From positions 13,814-77,813 of the forward strand of contig JASJDU010000001.1 in the NCBI GenBank assembly GCA_030065015.1: a DNA stretch of 64,000 nt. The letters are read 5' to 3'. Shown one piece after another: positions 20,624 to 29,991 of the stretch. The notes beneath the pieces were generated by a model, which searched no databases, was not told the DNA's origin, and was given only the letters and a program-made list of their open reading frames with translations. The position numbers and the translations under genes are program-made. The first letter of the stretch is position 1. The number at the start of each line of letters is the position of its first letter. The DNA comes from Candidatus Caenarcanales bacterium. GTDB lineage: Bacteria; Cyanobacteriota; Vampirovibrionia; Caenarcaniphilales; Caenarcanaceae.

Positions 20624-21721
20624 ATGAAAGCTTCAAGAAAATTCTTTGTATTTCTAACTCTTATTTTAGTTTCTTCTCTTTTAACTTACGACCCAGTTTT
20701 TTCAGCAAGAACTAAAAGATATAAAACAAACAGAAACTACCTTCAAAAAAGCTCAAAGATTGTAAGGTTTAAAGAAAAATCTACAGATCAAGAATTCATA
20801 TTTTTAGGATGTCCAGGAAATGAAGAAAACTTCAAAGATGTCGTTCAAGTTTTAGCTTCGACACAAAGAGCCTGGAATTCACATCAAATAGATGAACTTC
20901 TAAAATATTACGCACCTAATTTCCTTACTAAAGACGGCCTGAATTTAAATAAAATAAGTAAGAACCTGAGTTCTTTTTGGTTCGAATATACAGATGCAAA
21001 AATTAAATCTTACCCATCAACGATACAGGTATGTGGAAATTTAGCAACAGTAAACCTAAGTGAAATAACAACTGCAACTGGACAGATAGAAAGTACAGAC
21101 ATTATGCCCTATCCGCCAAAATTCAAGGGATGGGTTCAAGGAGTTACAACATTAAAGAAAATAGGTAATAACTGGAAAATAACTTCGGAAGAAATACTGT
21201 CAGAACAAATGTGGAAATATTACGGAAACAAAGCAGAAGAACTATTAGACCAAGGAAATATAGAGCTTTCGATTCCACTACCGGTTCAAGAGAACGAAAA
21301 TTATATTGTGCAGCTAAACCACTCCTTACCAAACAATGTTCAAGGAGTAGCATTAATAGACAAAATTTTATTAACTGAATTTCCAGAAACCGAAAAAGAG
21401 GAAAAAACAAAGAAAAAGCAAAAGAAAAAAGAAATCGAATCCATCAGAAGAAGTATTGACTGGAGAAAAGATAAAAGCTCTTTAAGAAGATTATTTACTG
21501 CAAATAACCTAGGTCAAGATGAGCTAGTTAGGGCACAAATTGAATTGATCTCCTTTAAGGAAAAAGGACCTTCCTTATTAGGAATTATTGGAATTTCTCA
21601 AAGAGTAATTCCGAAGCCAATCCCCCAACAAAACAGTACCGTGAAAATCCAAATTACGAGTACCTTCAAAGAAGAAGCTATTAAAAACAAGACAATTAAA
21701 GAAAGATCAAATAAAGGTTAA
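20624..21721 (+). CDS. Secreted hypothetical protein, possibly an NTF2/SnoaL-like fold.
   Basis: N-terminal signal peptide 'FFVFLTLILVSSLL'. C-terminal K/E-rich low-complexity segment. Confidence 0.4.
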   Translation: MKASRKFFVFLTLILVSSLLTYDPVFSARTKRYKTNRNYLQKSSKIVRFKEKSTDQEFIFLGCPGNEENFKDVVQVLASTQRAWNSHQIDELLKYYAPNFLTKDGLNLNKISKNLSSFWFEYTDAKIKSYPSTIQVCGNLATVNLSEITTATGQIESTDIMPYPPKFKGWVQGVTTLKKIGNNWKITSEEILSEQMWKYYGNKAEELLDQGNIELSIPLPVQENENYIVQLNHSLPNNVQGVALIDKILLTEFPETEKEEKTKKKQKKKEIESIRRSIDWRKDKSSLRRLFTANNLGQDELVRAQIELISFKEKGPSLLGIIGISQRVIPKPIPQQNSTVKIQITSTFKEEAIKNKTIKERSNKG

Positions 21722-21723
21722 AA

Positions 21724-22572
21724 ATGGAAAAAATATATGAGATTTTTCGTTGCACTATCTTGGGAATAGTCCAAGGTCTAACGGAATTTCTACCGATAAG
21801 CAGCTCCTTCCATCTCAGAGTTGTTCCATCCGCTCTTGGATGGCCAGAGGTGGGAATTTCTTTATCAGTTTTTCTTCATTTGGGAACTTTAGTTGGGGTT
21901 TTATTGTTTTTTGGAAAAGATTTATGGTCAATTTTTCTTGATGGCTGGAAAACGCTTTTCATTCCGACCTTCTCACCAAATAAATTTATGACCACTATGG
22001 CATGGAAAATAATAATTGGGTCTATTCCAGCCGTATTTTTTGGTTTTTTCTTTCATGACTTCTTCGAACAAGTTGATAACAACTTTTATATAACAGCTTC
22101 ATGCCTCATTATTGTTGGACTTATTTTGTGGGTGAGTGACACCAAAGGGCTACATCTTAAGTCTATAGATCAACTTACCTGGCAAAATGCCTTAATAATA
22201 GGCTTTGCACAAGCTTCAGCACTAATTCCCGGGGTATCACGCTCTGGAGCGACTATATCAATGGCAAGAATATTCAATTTCTCTAGAGAAGAAGCCGCAA
22301 GGTTCTCCTTTATTTTGGGGGTACCAGTAATTTTTGGAGCAGGACTCCTGGAAACAATAAAAGTAATTAAGCATCCATCCGACATGGAAGTCAGTATGAT
22401 TGCTTGTTTGGCAGGCTTTACTTCCGCAGCAGTAGTCGGTTTTTTATCAATAAAGTTTCTTCTAAAATTTTTGCAGACATATTCTCTTGCACCATTTGTA
22501 TTTTATAGAATAGTTTTAGGTGGTATTGTTCTCTTTTGCATGTACAAGGGATACTTAAATAACCTCAAATAA
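21724..22572 (+). CDS. uppP: Undecaprenyl-diphosphatase (BacA/UppP).
   Basis: 'GIVQGLTEFLPISSSFHL', 'PGVSRSGATI'. Polytopic. Confidence 0.85.
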   Translation: MEKIYEIFRCTILGIVQGLTEFLPISSSFHLRVVPSALGWPEVGISLSVFLHLGTLVGVLLFFGKDLWSIFLDGWKTLFIPTFSPNKFMTTMAWKIIIGSIPAVFFGFFFHDFFEQVDNNFYITASCLIIVGLILWVSDTKGLHLKSIDQLTWQNALIIGFAQASALIPGVSRSGATISMARIFNFSREEAARFSFILGVPVIFGAGLLETIKVIKHPSDMEVSMIACLAGFTSAAVVGFLSIKFLLKFLQTYSLAPFVFYRIVLGGIVLFCMYKGYLNNLK

Positions 22573-22579
22573 ATTCAAA

Positions 22580-23470
22580 ATGAACAGAAGAAACTTTCTA
22601 AAAGCTTTAATCGGTATCAGCTTTTTATTTTTTGCATCGCCCAATTTGCTCGCTTCAAGTGCAGGGTTCACACTTTCCGAAAGAAACAGATGGACTCATA
22701 TAATTGAAAAAGATCAATTCAGCTTTTTAGCTATTGGCGATATGGGAACCGGATGGAAAACTCAATACGAAATTATAGAACAAATGGAGAACCATTTGAA
22801 TCCAGGGACTGACTCAGTGCTCCTTTTAGGAGATATCGTTTATCCCTACCCAACAACAGAACAAGACTTTAAAGAAAAATTTGAAAAGCCATTTAAGCCT
22901 TTAATTGATAAAGAGCTTAGGTTCTACCCAGCCTGGGGAAACCACGATTGGCATACTGAGGAAGCCAAGCTATTAAAAGATTATTTTGTTGCACCGAACT
23001 ACTACACGTTCGTTAATGGACCTGCTCAATTTTGGGCGGTTAACAGCAATAAGTTCGATTCAAACCAAATAAAATGGCTAAAAGAGAGTCTAAGCATTTC
23101 AAAATCTCCTTGGAAAATAGTCTTTCTTCACCACTCACCCTACTCTTCAGGTAAAGGACATCACAATAATCAACATTTGATAAAGAACCTCACCCCAATA
23201 CTCAATGAATTCAATGTGGATTTATGCTTAAGTGGACATAATCACCTTTATGAAAGAAGCGAAAAGATTGGCTCAACAATTTACATAACTTCTGGAGGAG
23301 GAAGTGCGTCACTCCATAAATATGACGATAAAGCTAATTTCCCAAGAGTGAAGGCTAATTCAATACACCATTTCTTACTAATCGAAGGAAATAATAAAAA
23401 ACTCAATTTAAAAGCAATAGATAAAATTGGTAACACTATTGATTCAATGAACTTAGAAAAAAACTTTTAG
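22580..23470 (+). CDS. Secreted calcineurin-like metallophosphoesterase (purple-acid-phosphatase-like).
   Basis: Tat-like 'MNRRNFLKALIG' signal. 'GDMGTG', 'GDIVYPY', 'GNHDW', 'GHNHLYER' metal-ligand motifs. Confidence 0.75.
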   Translation: MNRRNFLKALIGISFLFFASPNLLASSAGFTLSERNRWTHIIEKDQFSFLAIGDMGTGWKTQYEIIEQMENHLNPGTDSVLLLGDIVYPYPTTEQDFKEKFEKPFKPLIDKELRFYPAWGNHDWHTEEAKLLKDYFVAPNYYTFVNGPAQFWAVNSNKFDSNQIKWLKESLSISKSPWKIVFLHHSPYSSGKGHHNNQHLIKNLTPILNEFNVDLCLSGHNHLYERSEKIGSTIYITSGGGSASLHKYDDKANFPRVKANSIHHFLLIEGNNKKLNLKAIDKIGNTIDSMNLEKNF

Positions 23471-23574
23471 AAATTTCCAAGAATTTGACACAAAATCTTT
23501 TTTTTACTGTATTATTTTCAGAATAAATAAATAAAAAATCTTAAACAGTTTTAAAGAAAGGTTGAAATCAGGAC

Positions 23575-23946
23575 ATGGCATCGTATCAGATGTCTGTTGC
23601 TGGTATCCCTACTGATAGCGCGCTCAGATTTGTAGCGCGAAGAAACGCTAATCCTGGTAATAATATTACATCTTCAACAAATAGTGTTAGAAGACATAGC
23701 GTATACTGCAGTGGAAGAACAGCACAGGCAACAGCTAATCAAATGAACTCTTCATATTCCATCTATTCTCCAGAAACAATAGGAAGAGAAAGAGAGAGCA
23801 GAAAAGAATTAACTAATATTCATAGCTTTAATGAAGGTAAGCATCTACTAAGTCACTTATTTAGAAATGTTCTTGCGGCAGCTGGTACATTCGCCATTTT
23901 ATTTGGAACTGTAGCTTTTGGAGGCAGAAGACTAGCAAGAATTTAA
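23575..23946 (+). CDS. Hypothetical small protein with a C-terminal hydrophobic segment.
   Basis: 123-aa ORF with an S/T/N-rich N-terminus. Overlaps the speH stop by 4 nt in convergent orientation. Weak support. Confidence 0.3.
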   Translation: MASYQMSVAGIPTDSALRFVARRNANPGNNITSSTNSVRRHSVYCSGRTAQATANQMNSSYSIYSPETIGRERESRKELTNIHSFNEGKHLLSHLFRNVLAAAGTFAILFGTVAFGGRRLARI

Positions 23947-24389
23947 ACTTTTGTTAATTCCTTGCTAGTTAGGATATCTGTTCTTTCGCTATTAATAATT
24001 TGACTGGCTCTTCCTAAAGAACGAGGGAATTCTCTCCCTCGTTCGAATATTTTTTTGTCAATGTATTCGGGCTCGTATTTCTGTTTCACAAAATCAATTG
24101 CAGCGTCAATATCGAAAGGCTTGCAGGAAAATATATCTAATGTAAAAAAACCTTTTTCTGGGAAAGTGTGAATAGCAATATGTGATTCTGCAATAATCAC
24201 AAAACCGGATGTTCCAGAATCTTCAGGAATCTCGCCACCGTCGTAATGCATAACTTTAGGTGGCATTATGATTGTCATATCAAGCTTTTCAGGGAACTCC
24301 TCTAAAATATTTTTCAAGAGATCCTTATTTCCAAGATCATCTTTTTTTTTGCAGTTATAACCTTCTAAAACTAAATGTGGTCCAAACAT
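23943..24389 (-). CDS. speH: S-adenosylmethionine decarboxylase proenzyme (pyruvoyl-dependent, SpeH type).
   Basis: 'FVIIAESHIAIHTFPEKGFFTLDIFSC' with the ES self-cleavage site. ~148 aa. Confidence 0.8.
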   Translation of the reverse strand: MFGPHLVLEGYNCKKKDDLGNKDLLKNILEEFPEKLDMTIIMPPKVMHYDGGEIPEDSGTSGFVIIAESHIAIHTFPEKGFFTLDIFSCKPFDIDAAIDFVKQKYEPEYIDKKIFERGREFPRSLGRASQIINSERTDILTSKELTKV

Positions 24390-24613
24390 ATTTCCTCCGA
24401 AAACAACTTAAGCCCATTCAGAGGAACCAATCGGATTTGGGCAGTCACCGACATGATTACTTTATTGAACCAATTGCGATAAAGCAATTCAAGGATCAAT
24501 AGGATGTAAATAATAAACTATGAACCTCTATTTTCAAACTTTTTATCAATAATTCATCAGAAAAACTTAAGTATTTGGAAGAAACAGCTTTTTTATATAA
24601 GCTCTAATAAATC

Positions 24614-25423
24614 TTACAGTTTTGACCAATCCTCAGGAATTGTAATTATTTCAGGCCCCGAATCAGTTACTAGAACAGAATACTCGTAATGAGCTGACAA
24701 TTTATTATCTTTAGTAACAATAGTCCACCCATCTTTCATTTTCCTAATATCACCAAGTCCCAGGTTAAACATTGGCTCAATAGCAAGAATCATTCCCTCT
24801 TCAATCACACAATCATCAAAAGCCTTAAAGTAGCTAGAAAAGTTTGGAATGAAGGGTGCGCAATGATAGTTCGGTCCAATTCCATGCCCACCGAACTCTT
24901 TCACTAACCCGTAGCCTTCACTAATAGCAACTTTTTCAACTGCTGCAGCAATATCACTAATTTTGTTGCCAGGGATACATTTCTTTACCCCCTCTTCTAA
25001 ACCATGCTTTGTGTCTGCAATAAGTTTTATTGTTTTATCTGGCACTTTTCCGATTGGAATGGTTTTAGCATTATCACCAACAAAGTTGGTTTCTTTTCCT
25101 TCAATTTCAGATTTTAGGGTAACACCAACATCAACGCTCAGAATATCTCCTTCTTTTAAAACTCTCTTTTCACTGGGGATACCGTGAACAATTTCTTGGT
25201 TAATTGAGGTACACAAAGTGCAAGGAAATCCCATATAACCTTTAAAGGTAGGAACGGCACCATTATCTCTAATCCACTCTTCAGCGAAAATATCCAAATC
25301 CCAGGTTGACATACCGGGCTCTGCTCTATCACAGACCTCTTGAAGAATAGTGGCCGACATTCTTGCAGCTTTTCTAAAGAGTTTGTGCTCTTCCTGTTTT
25401 TTATAAATAAAAATGTTGTTCAT
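24614..25423 (-). CDS. map: Methionine aminopeptidase, type I.
   Basis: 'GHGIG', 'IEPM', metal ligands D/D/H/E/E spaced as in MetAP1. Confidence 0.85.
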   Translation of the reverse strand: MNNIFIYKKQEEHKLFRKAARMSATILQEVCDRAEPGMSTWDLDIFAEEWIRDNGAVPTFKGYMGFPCTLCTSINQEIVHGIPSEKRVLKEGDILSVDVGVTLKSEIEGKETNFVGDNAKTIPIGKVPDKTIKLIADTKHGLEEGVKKCIPGNKISDIAAAVEKVAISEGYGLVKEFGGHGIGPNYHCAPFIPNFSSYFKAFDDCVIEEGMILAIEPMFNLGLGDIRKMKDGWTIVTKDNKLSAHYEYSVLVTDSGPEIITIPEDWSKL

Positions 25424-25561
25424 TCAAAGCAATGGATTAGTTTTGTATCTTGTGTAATTGAAATTAAAAGCTTATCAAGTTTCTTTTCTACCCAAAACAC
25501 ATTTCAAAAAATTTATGCCCAATAAAACTCTGTCTTATTTTGAGGTCGAGACCTAGAAAAC

Positions 25562-26860
25562 TCAAAAAGTACTTGAGACTCTCGGAAAAATCTTTTTACC
25601 ATCAATCCACACTTCGTTTAATTTTTCATCACTTAGATTGCTCAAAAGGAATTGATAGATACACACCTTAGGAGTCTTCAAAGACTTTAACAGGGATTGA
25701 GGAATTTTATAGCAAATAAAATCGGCTTTTCTATTGTTCTCGATAGCACCTCTATCTAAACAAAACATTTTTGCGGGGACTGAGGTTATTGATTCAAACA
25801 AATATTCAGCTTTTAAATTTACTCCATGCGATTTAGCAATAAACCAAGCGTATTTAATTTCTTCTAAAAGACTCAAATCATAATTACTTGACAATCCATC
25901 AGTTGCAAAACTAACCGGTAATTCTTTTTCTAACATTTTAGCTAAAGGTGGAAAACCATTGGCTAAAAAAGCATTACTTCTCAAACATAAAGACACACTG
26001 GTACCCACTAAGGATAAAAGCGCCAGATCTCGCTCTCTTATTTTTACAAGATGAGTTGCATGGAGATTGTGACTTAAGCAACCGATAGAATGCATATACT
26101 CTACCGAAGACATTCCTTTTTGAGAATTTATAGAGGGTTCACTCACCCCAAGGTTTTTATAGAAACTCTTTAACCCTTCTGGTACTTCTCCCGTTTTTAT
26201 AATGTCACTTTCAAAATCAGTTTCAGCCAAATGAATTAAAGCTTTCTTTCCTTCTTTTTGAGAGAAATCAATTATTCTTTGCAAGAGCCTATCTGAAACA
26301 TTGTATGGAGAATGCGGTGATAAAGTGAAAGAAAGTTTCGGGTGCAAAGACTGAAGCCTTTCTAATTTCGCCAAAAAGTATTCAAAATTTTCATCGCTTT
26401 TTAAAGGATCATTCCCAAAGACCTCAATACCAACTAATGAATTGATCTCACTATAATTCAACGCTTCCACAGTCTCGTCAAAAGGTGTATTCTCGACAAC
26501 AAATGTTGTGCCAGCTTTAATACAAGACTGAATATTTTCTTTCGCTACTTGAAGTTTCTTCTCTGGAGAAAATTTTCTTGAACGCTCTACTAAGTCCTCA
26601 ATCCAATCAATTTGTTGGCCATCACAGATACTTGAATAGTTATTATCATAAGAAAGGTGTACATGGCTATTAATAAACCCTGGAAGAATAACAGAATCGG
26701 TTAACTTCTTTGGTGAATGAGATTTTAAACTCAAAGGAAGTTCTGATTGTTTGCCAAATTCAGCTATTCGATCATTAACTACGAATAAATAAGCATCCCA
26801 AAGAGGCTCTTTATGAGACATTGGAAGTAACAAATCCACATAGAAAAGTTGAGCATTCAT
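25562..26860 (-). CDS. Amidohydrolase-family deaminase (MTA/SAH-deaminase or chlorohydrolase-like).
   Basis: 'LPGFINSHVHL' metal-binding HxH, 'HLAE', 'ATDG' (Amidohydro_1). Adjacent to speH and map. Confidence 0.6.
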   Translation of the reverse strand: MNAQLFYVDLLLPMSHKEPLWDAYLFVVNDRIAEFGKQSELPLSLKSHSPKKLTDSVILPGFINSHVHLSYDNNYSSICDGQQIDWIEDLVERSRKFSPEKKLQVAKENIQSCIKAGTTFVVENTPFDETVEALNYSEINSLVGIEVFGNDPLKSDENFEYFLAKLERLQSLHPKLSFTLSPHSPYNVSDRLLQRIIDFSQKEGKKALIHLAETDFESDIIKTGEVPEGLKSFYKNLGVSEPSINSQKGMSSVEYMHSIGCLSHNLHATHLVKIRERDLALLSLVGTSVSLCLRSNAFLANGFPPLAKMLEKELPVSFATDGLSSNYDLSLLEEIKYAWFIAKSHGVNLKAEYLFESITSVPAKMFCLDRGAIENNRKADFICYKIPQSLLKSLKTPKVCIYQFLLSNLSDEKLNEVWIDGKKIFPRVSSTF

Positions 26861-27151
26861 AAAACTAAATCCATTTGAAGTAGAATCAGCGAAACAGAAT
26901 AATTAGCTTGAAAATTTCTATTAACAAAATCTATTTCCACTACTAACTGCCAATTAAAAATCGGGTTCACCTAAAGATCTAATATTTATATAACTTGTGT
27001 AGTTTTTTTAATAAACTTTTCTGTTTAATCTAGGTTATCTGTTTTATGACAATATTGTTAAATACTAAAAATAGAACTATTTGAACAAAACTTAGTTTAT
27101 ATTAATTAGGCGTTATCAGTAGTTACAAGTTTTATACGATTTATTTCTCAT

Positions 27152-29080
27152 TTGCTGCCCAGAAAACAAACCCTAATAAGATATTCATTTTTGGCCTCCT
27201 TATTAATATGGAACGGGGGGAAAGATTTCTGTCATGCAAATTCAATAATTAAGGATAACTTCCTCGCGCTAAATACTGTTTCTAGCTATAAAGCTCAAAA
27301 TAAATTAAAAAAAGAAAAAGAAACTGTTGCTTCAAAAAGTGAGCTTGAGAAAAGCCATGAAAAAGAAACTATAAAAAAAGATACAAGTAGAACCTCGGCA
27401 TTAGATTTAAGCCCCGTTTCATTAGTTGAAAATAATAAAGATCAAGCAAGATTTGAAGGAGATAAGGTCAATTACGATTCTGAGAAAGACTTATTCGTAA
27501 TTGAAGGAAATGCAAATATTTATTTAGATGATCAAAATATAAAAATATCAGCAGACAGAATCGAATACTTAAAAGCTGAGTCTCAATTGAAAGCGTATGG
27601 AAATGTTTTGATACTGGGCAAAGAACAGGTTACTTATGCAAAATACATGGAGATTGAGATTGAAGATAATAAAGCAGATTTAGATGAAGTTGATACACAG
27701 CTTGAGCTAGCCTCAATAAATGCAGAAAAAGGGGTTTTAAAAACAACAAAAACCAGAAGATACGGGGACTATACAAACGGGGACTTCAAAATTGCAACAC
27801 CAATTCGGCTTGCCTCCCGAATACCGGGTCAAGTTTCATCAAATTTTGAGAATATACAAAGTGAAGAGCCTGACTATATTTTAAGAGAAGGACAAAGTTA
27901 CTCCTTAAGTGCAAACAAGCTTAATTACTACCCGGACAGAGTTCAAAACAATCTTCATATTTTTGGAGGGAAATTAAAGTTTAAGAAATTCCCACTGAGC
28001 GTACCCATTCCTTACTACATTTTCACCGCAGGAGAAAGTACCGAACAAATGTTTCAAGCGGCAATTGGTTCAAACCCGAATACGGGCGCTGGAGACTTCA
28101 ACCTAGGTCCAATGCTCAGCTTTGTTGTGGGAGATCCAAAGAAAGAAAGAGCAGTAAGGTTTGCTCCTTTTCTACAATTCGGCAGCGCAACGGGCTACGG
28201 AGGAATGGCACAATACTCAGACAAACGAAATGACGCACTGATTGCCTATGGAGCAGCAAAAGACAGAGGCCTTGCAGAAGTAAGATCCAGACTTACCAAG
28301 AGAAATAATTTTTCTTACGGATGGAATAGTTACATTGGTGGTGGTATTACTGAGCAATTCTTCCAATTAGACGATCAAAGAGACTTTGAGATCCCTTATT
28401 TATCAGCTTTATTAGAAGGTGAGCAAGTTCATTTACATTCAGATTTAACTTATGCCGTTGATTCAGATTCTTTAAGAAACAGTGAAAATAACCTCTTAAG
28501 TGATTTGCAGAGAGACTCAGTGGGCAGCTCTGCAAGTAATGTAAGAGAAAGAAGAGGTTTAAGGGCTCAACAAAGACTTTTTTTCACAACAAAACCGTTG
28601 ATTGAATTTGGCACTGAAAACTACAATGCAGGACTTAGGATTGTCTCTTCGAGCAATGCAAGGATTTATAGCACTGGAAACATAAACGCCTTCACTTCAG
28701 TTGGGCCGAATTTAAGAATGCATTTACACAAATATGCAGATCTCAGCGTCGGTTACGATCAACTTCTACCGGCAGGTCGCTCACCTTTTGGTTTTGACCA
28801 AGTGATTCAAGGACAAGAAAGCATATACGCTCATGGTGACTTTAATGTAACCAGATGGCTTTCGATTGGAGGGTCTTTAGTTTATAGCTTAAGCAGAGAG
28901 AACTTTATTACTCAACAAGCTAGAATAATACTCGGTCCAGAAGACTTTAAACTGGTTGCGGGTTATGACCCAGTCTTACGTCGTTTTAATTTAGGCTTTT
29001 CCCTATTTTTTAACGATAAAGTATCGTTTAAGCAATTCTCATACAAAGAAAATACAAGTGGAAGAAAAAGAAGATTTTAG
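27152..29080 (+). CDS. lptD: LPS-assembly outer-membrane protein LptD-like.
   Basis: Signal peptide. OstA-like N-terminal beta-jellyroll 'FVIEGNANIYLDDQNIKISADRIEY', then a long beta-barrel-like region of alternating residues. Confidence 0.6.
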   Translation: MLPRKQTLIRYSFLASLLIWNGGKDFCHANSIIKDNFLALNTVSSYKAQNKLKKEKETVASKSELEKSHEKETIKKDTSRTSALDLSPVSLVENNKDQARFEGDKVNYDSEKDLFVIEGNANIYLDDQNIKISADRIEYLKAESQLKAYGNVLILGKEQVTYAKYMEIEIEDNKADLDEVDTQLELASINAEKGVLKTTKTRRYGDYTNGDFKIATPIRLASRIPGQVSSNFENIQSEEPDYILREGQSYSLSANKLNYYPDRVQNNLHIFGGKLKFKKFPLSVPIPYYIFTAGESTEQMFQAAIGSNPNTGAGDFNLGPMLSFVVGDPKKERAVRFAPFLQFGSATGYGGMAQYSDKRNDALIAYGAAKDRGLAEVRSRLTKRNNFSYGWNSYIGGGITEQFFQLDDQRDFEIPYLSALLEGEQVHLHSDLTYAVDSDSLRNSENNLLSDLQRDSVGSSASNVRERRGLRAQQRLFFTTKPLIEFGTENYNAGLRIVSSSNARIYSTGNINAFTSVGPNLRMHLHKYADLSVGYDQLLPAGRSPFGFDQVIQGQESIYAHGDFNVTRWLSIGGSLVYSLSRENFITQQARIILGPEDFKLVAGYDPVLRRFNLGFSLFFNDKVSFKQFSYKENTSGRKRRF

Positions 29081-29882
29081 AAATCAAATAGTTAAACCAT
29101 CCTCTTTAAGAACGCTCAAGGCTAAAGGGCAGAAAATAACTTGTTTAACTGCATACGATTACAGAACCGCACAAATTTTAGACAAAGCCGGAATTGATAT
29201 TGTTCTGGTTGGAGACAGTTTAGCCAATGTTTTTCTAGGTTATGATTCAACCACTCAGGTTGGTATGACAGAGATGACATACCATACAAAGGCAGTTGCA
29301 AAAGGCATTAAAAGAGCTCTGTTAGTTACAGATATGCCTTTTTTGTCTTACAATCTTTCAATTGAAAAAACCATTAGCAATGCAGCAGAACTTATTAAAG
29401 CCGGTGCAAAAGCAGTAAAAATTGAAGGAGGAAATGAAAATATAATAAAAGCAATTGAGAGTCTTCATAACGTTGGAATACCTGTAATAGGGCATTTGGG
29501 CTATACACCTCAATCGGAAGGAGTTCTTCAGAGTAGATTACAAGGAAAAACGGAGAATGAAAGGCAAAAAATATTTGAACAGTCTAAAAAAGTTGAAGAG
29601 GCCGGAGCAATAGCTTTAGTCTTAGAAATGTTACCGAAGGATTTGGCTAAAGAAATAAGTCATTCCTTAAAGATTCCAACAATTGGGATTGGTGCAGGTC
29701 CTGATTGTGATGGACAAATTCTCGTTACGGACGATTTGATAGGGAAGTCAGAACTTAAATTCAAATTTGTTAAAAGATATGCTGAAATTGGACAAGTTAT
29801 AGAAGAAAGCGTTACAAATTATGTGAGCGATGTACAGAAGGGGAATTTCCCAGACAACACTCATTCTTTTTCTCTCACTTAA
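29058..29882 (+). CDS. panB: 3-methyl-2-oxobutanoate hydroxymethyltransferase.
   Basis: 'ITCLTAYDY', 'DIVLVGDSLANV.LGYDST', 'KIEGG', 'HLGYTPQS', 'IGIGAGPDCDGQILV'. Confidence 0.85.
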   Translation: MEEKEDFRNQIVKPSSLRTLKAKGQKITCLTAYDYRTAQILDKAGIDIVLVGDSLANVFLGYDSTTQVGMTEMTYHTKAVAKGIKRALLVTDMPFLSYNLSIEKTISNAAELIKAGAKAVKIEGGNENIIKAIESLHNVGIPVIGHLGYTPQSEGVLQSRLQGKTENERQKIFEQSKKVEEAGAIALVLEMLPKDLAKEISHSLKIPTIGIGAGPDCDGQILVTDDLIGKSELKFKFVKRYAEIGQVIEESVTNYVSDVQKGNFPDNTHSFSLT

Positions 29883-29991
29883 ATCTTAGATCCTTTATAC
29901 ATTCAAAGTTAACGAGTTTCAATTGGGATATTGAGATATTATGCATACTGAAATTCAACATCTCAGAATAAGAACAAAACCATAGATATCT

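Noticed and set aside
23480-23520. Promoter candidate: a perfect TTGACA (23485-23490) upstream of the small ORF at 23575.
   Set aside because: The best -10-like hexamer (TATTAT at 23510) gives a 19-nt spacer and the alternatives are poor. This is too weak to call without transcript data. Other sigma70-like guesses upstream of rplB and the tRNA were similarly unconvincing.
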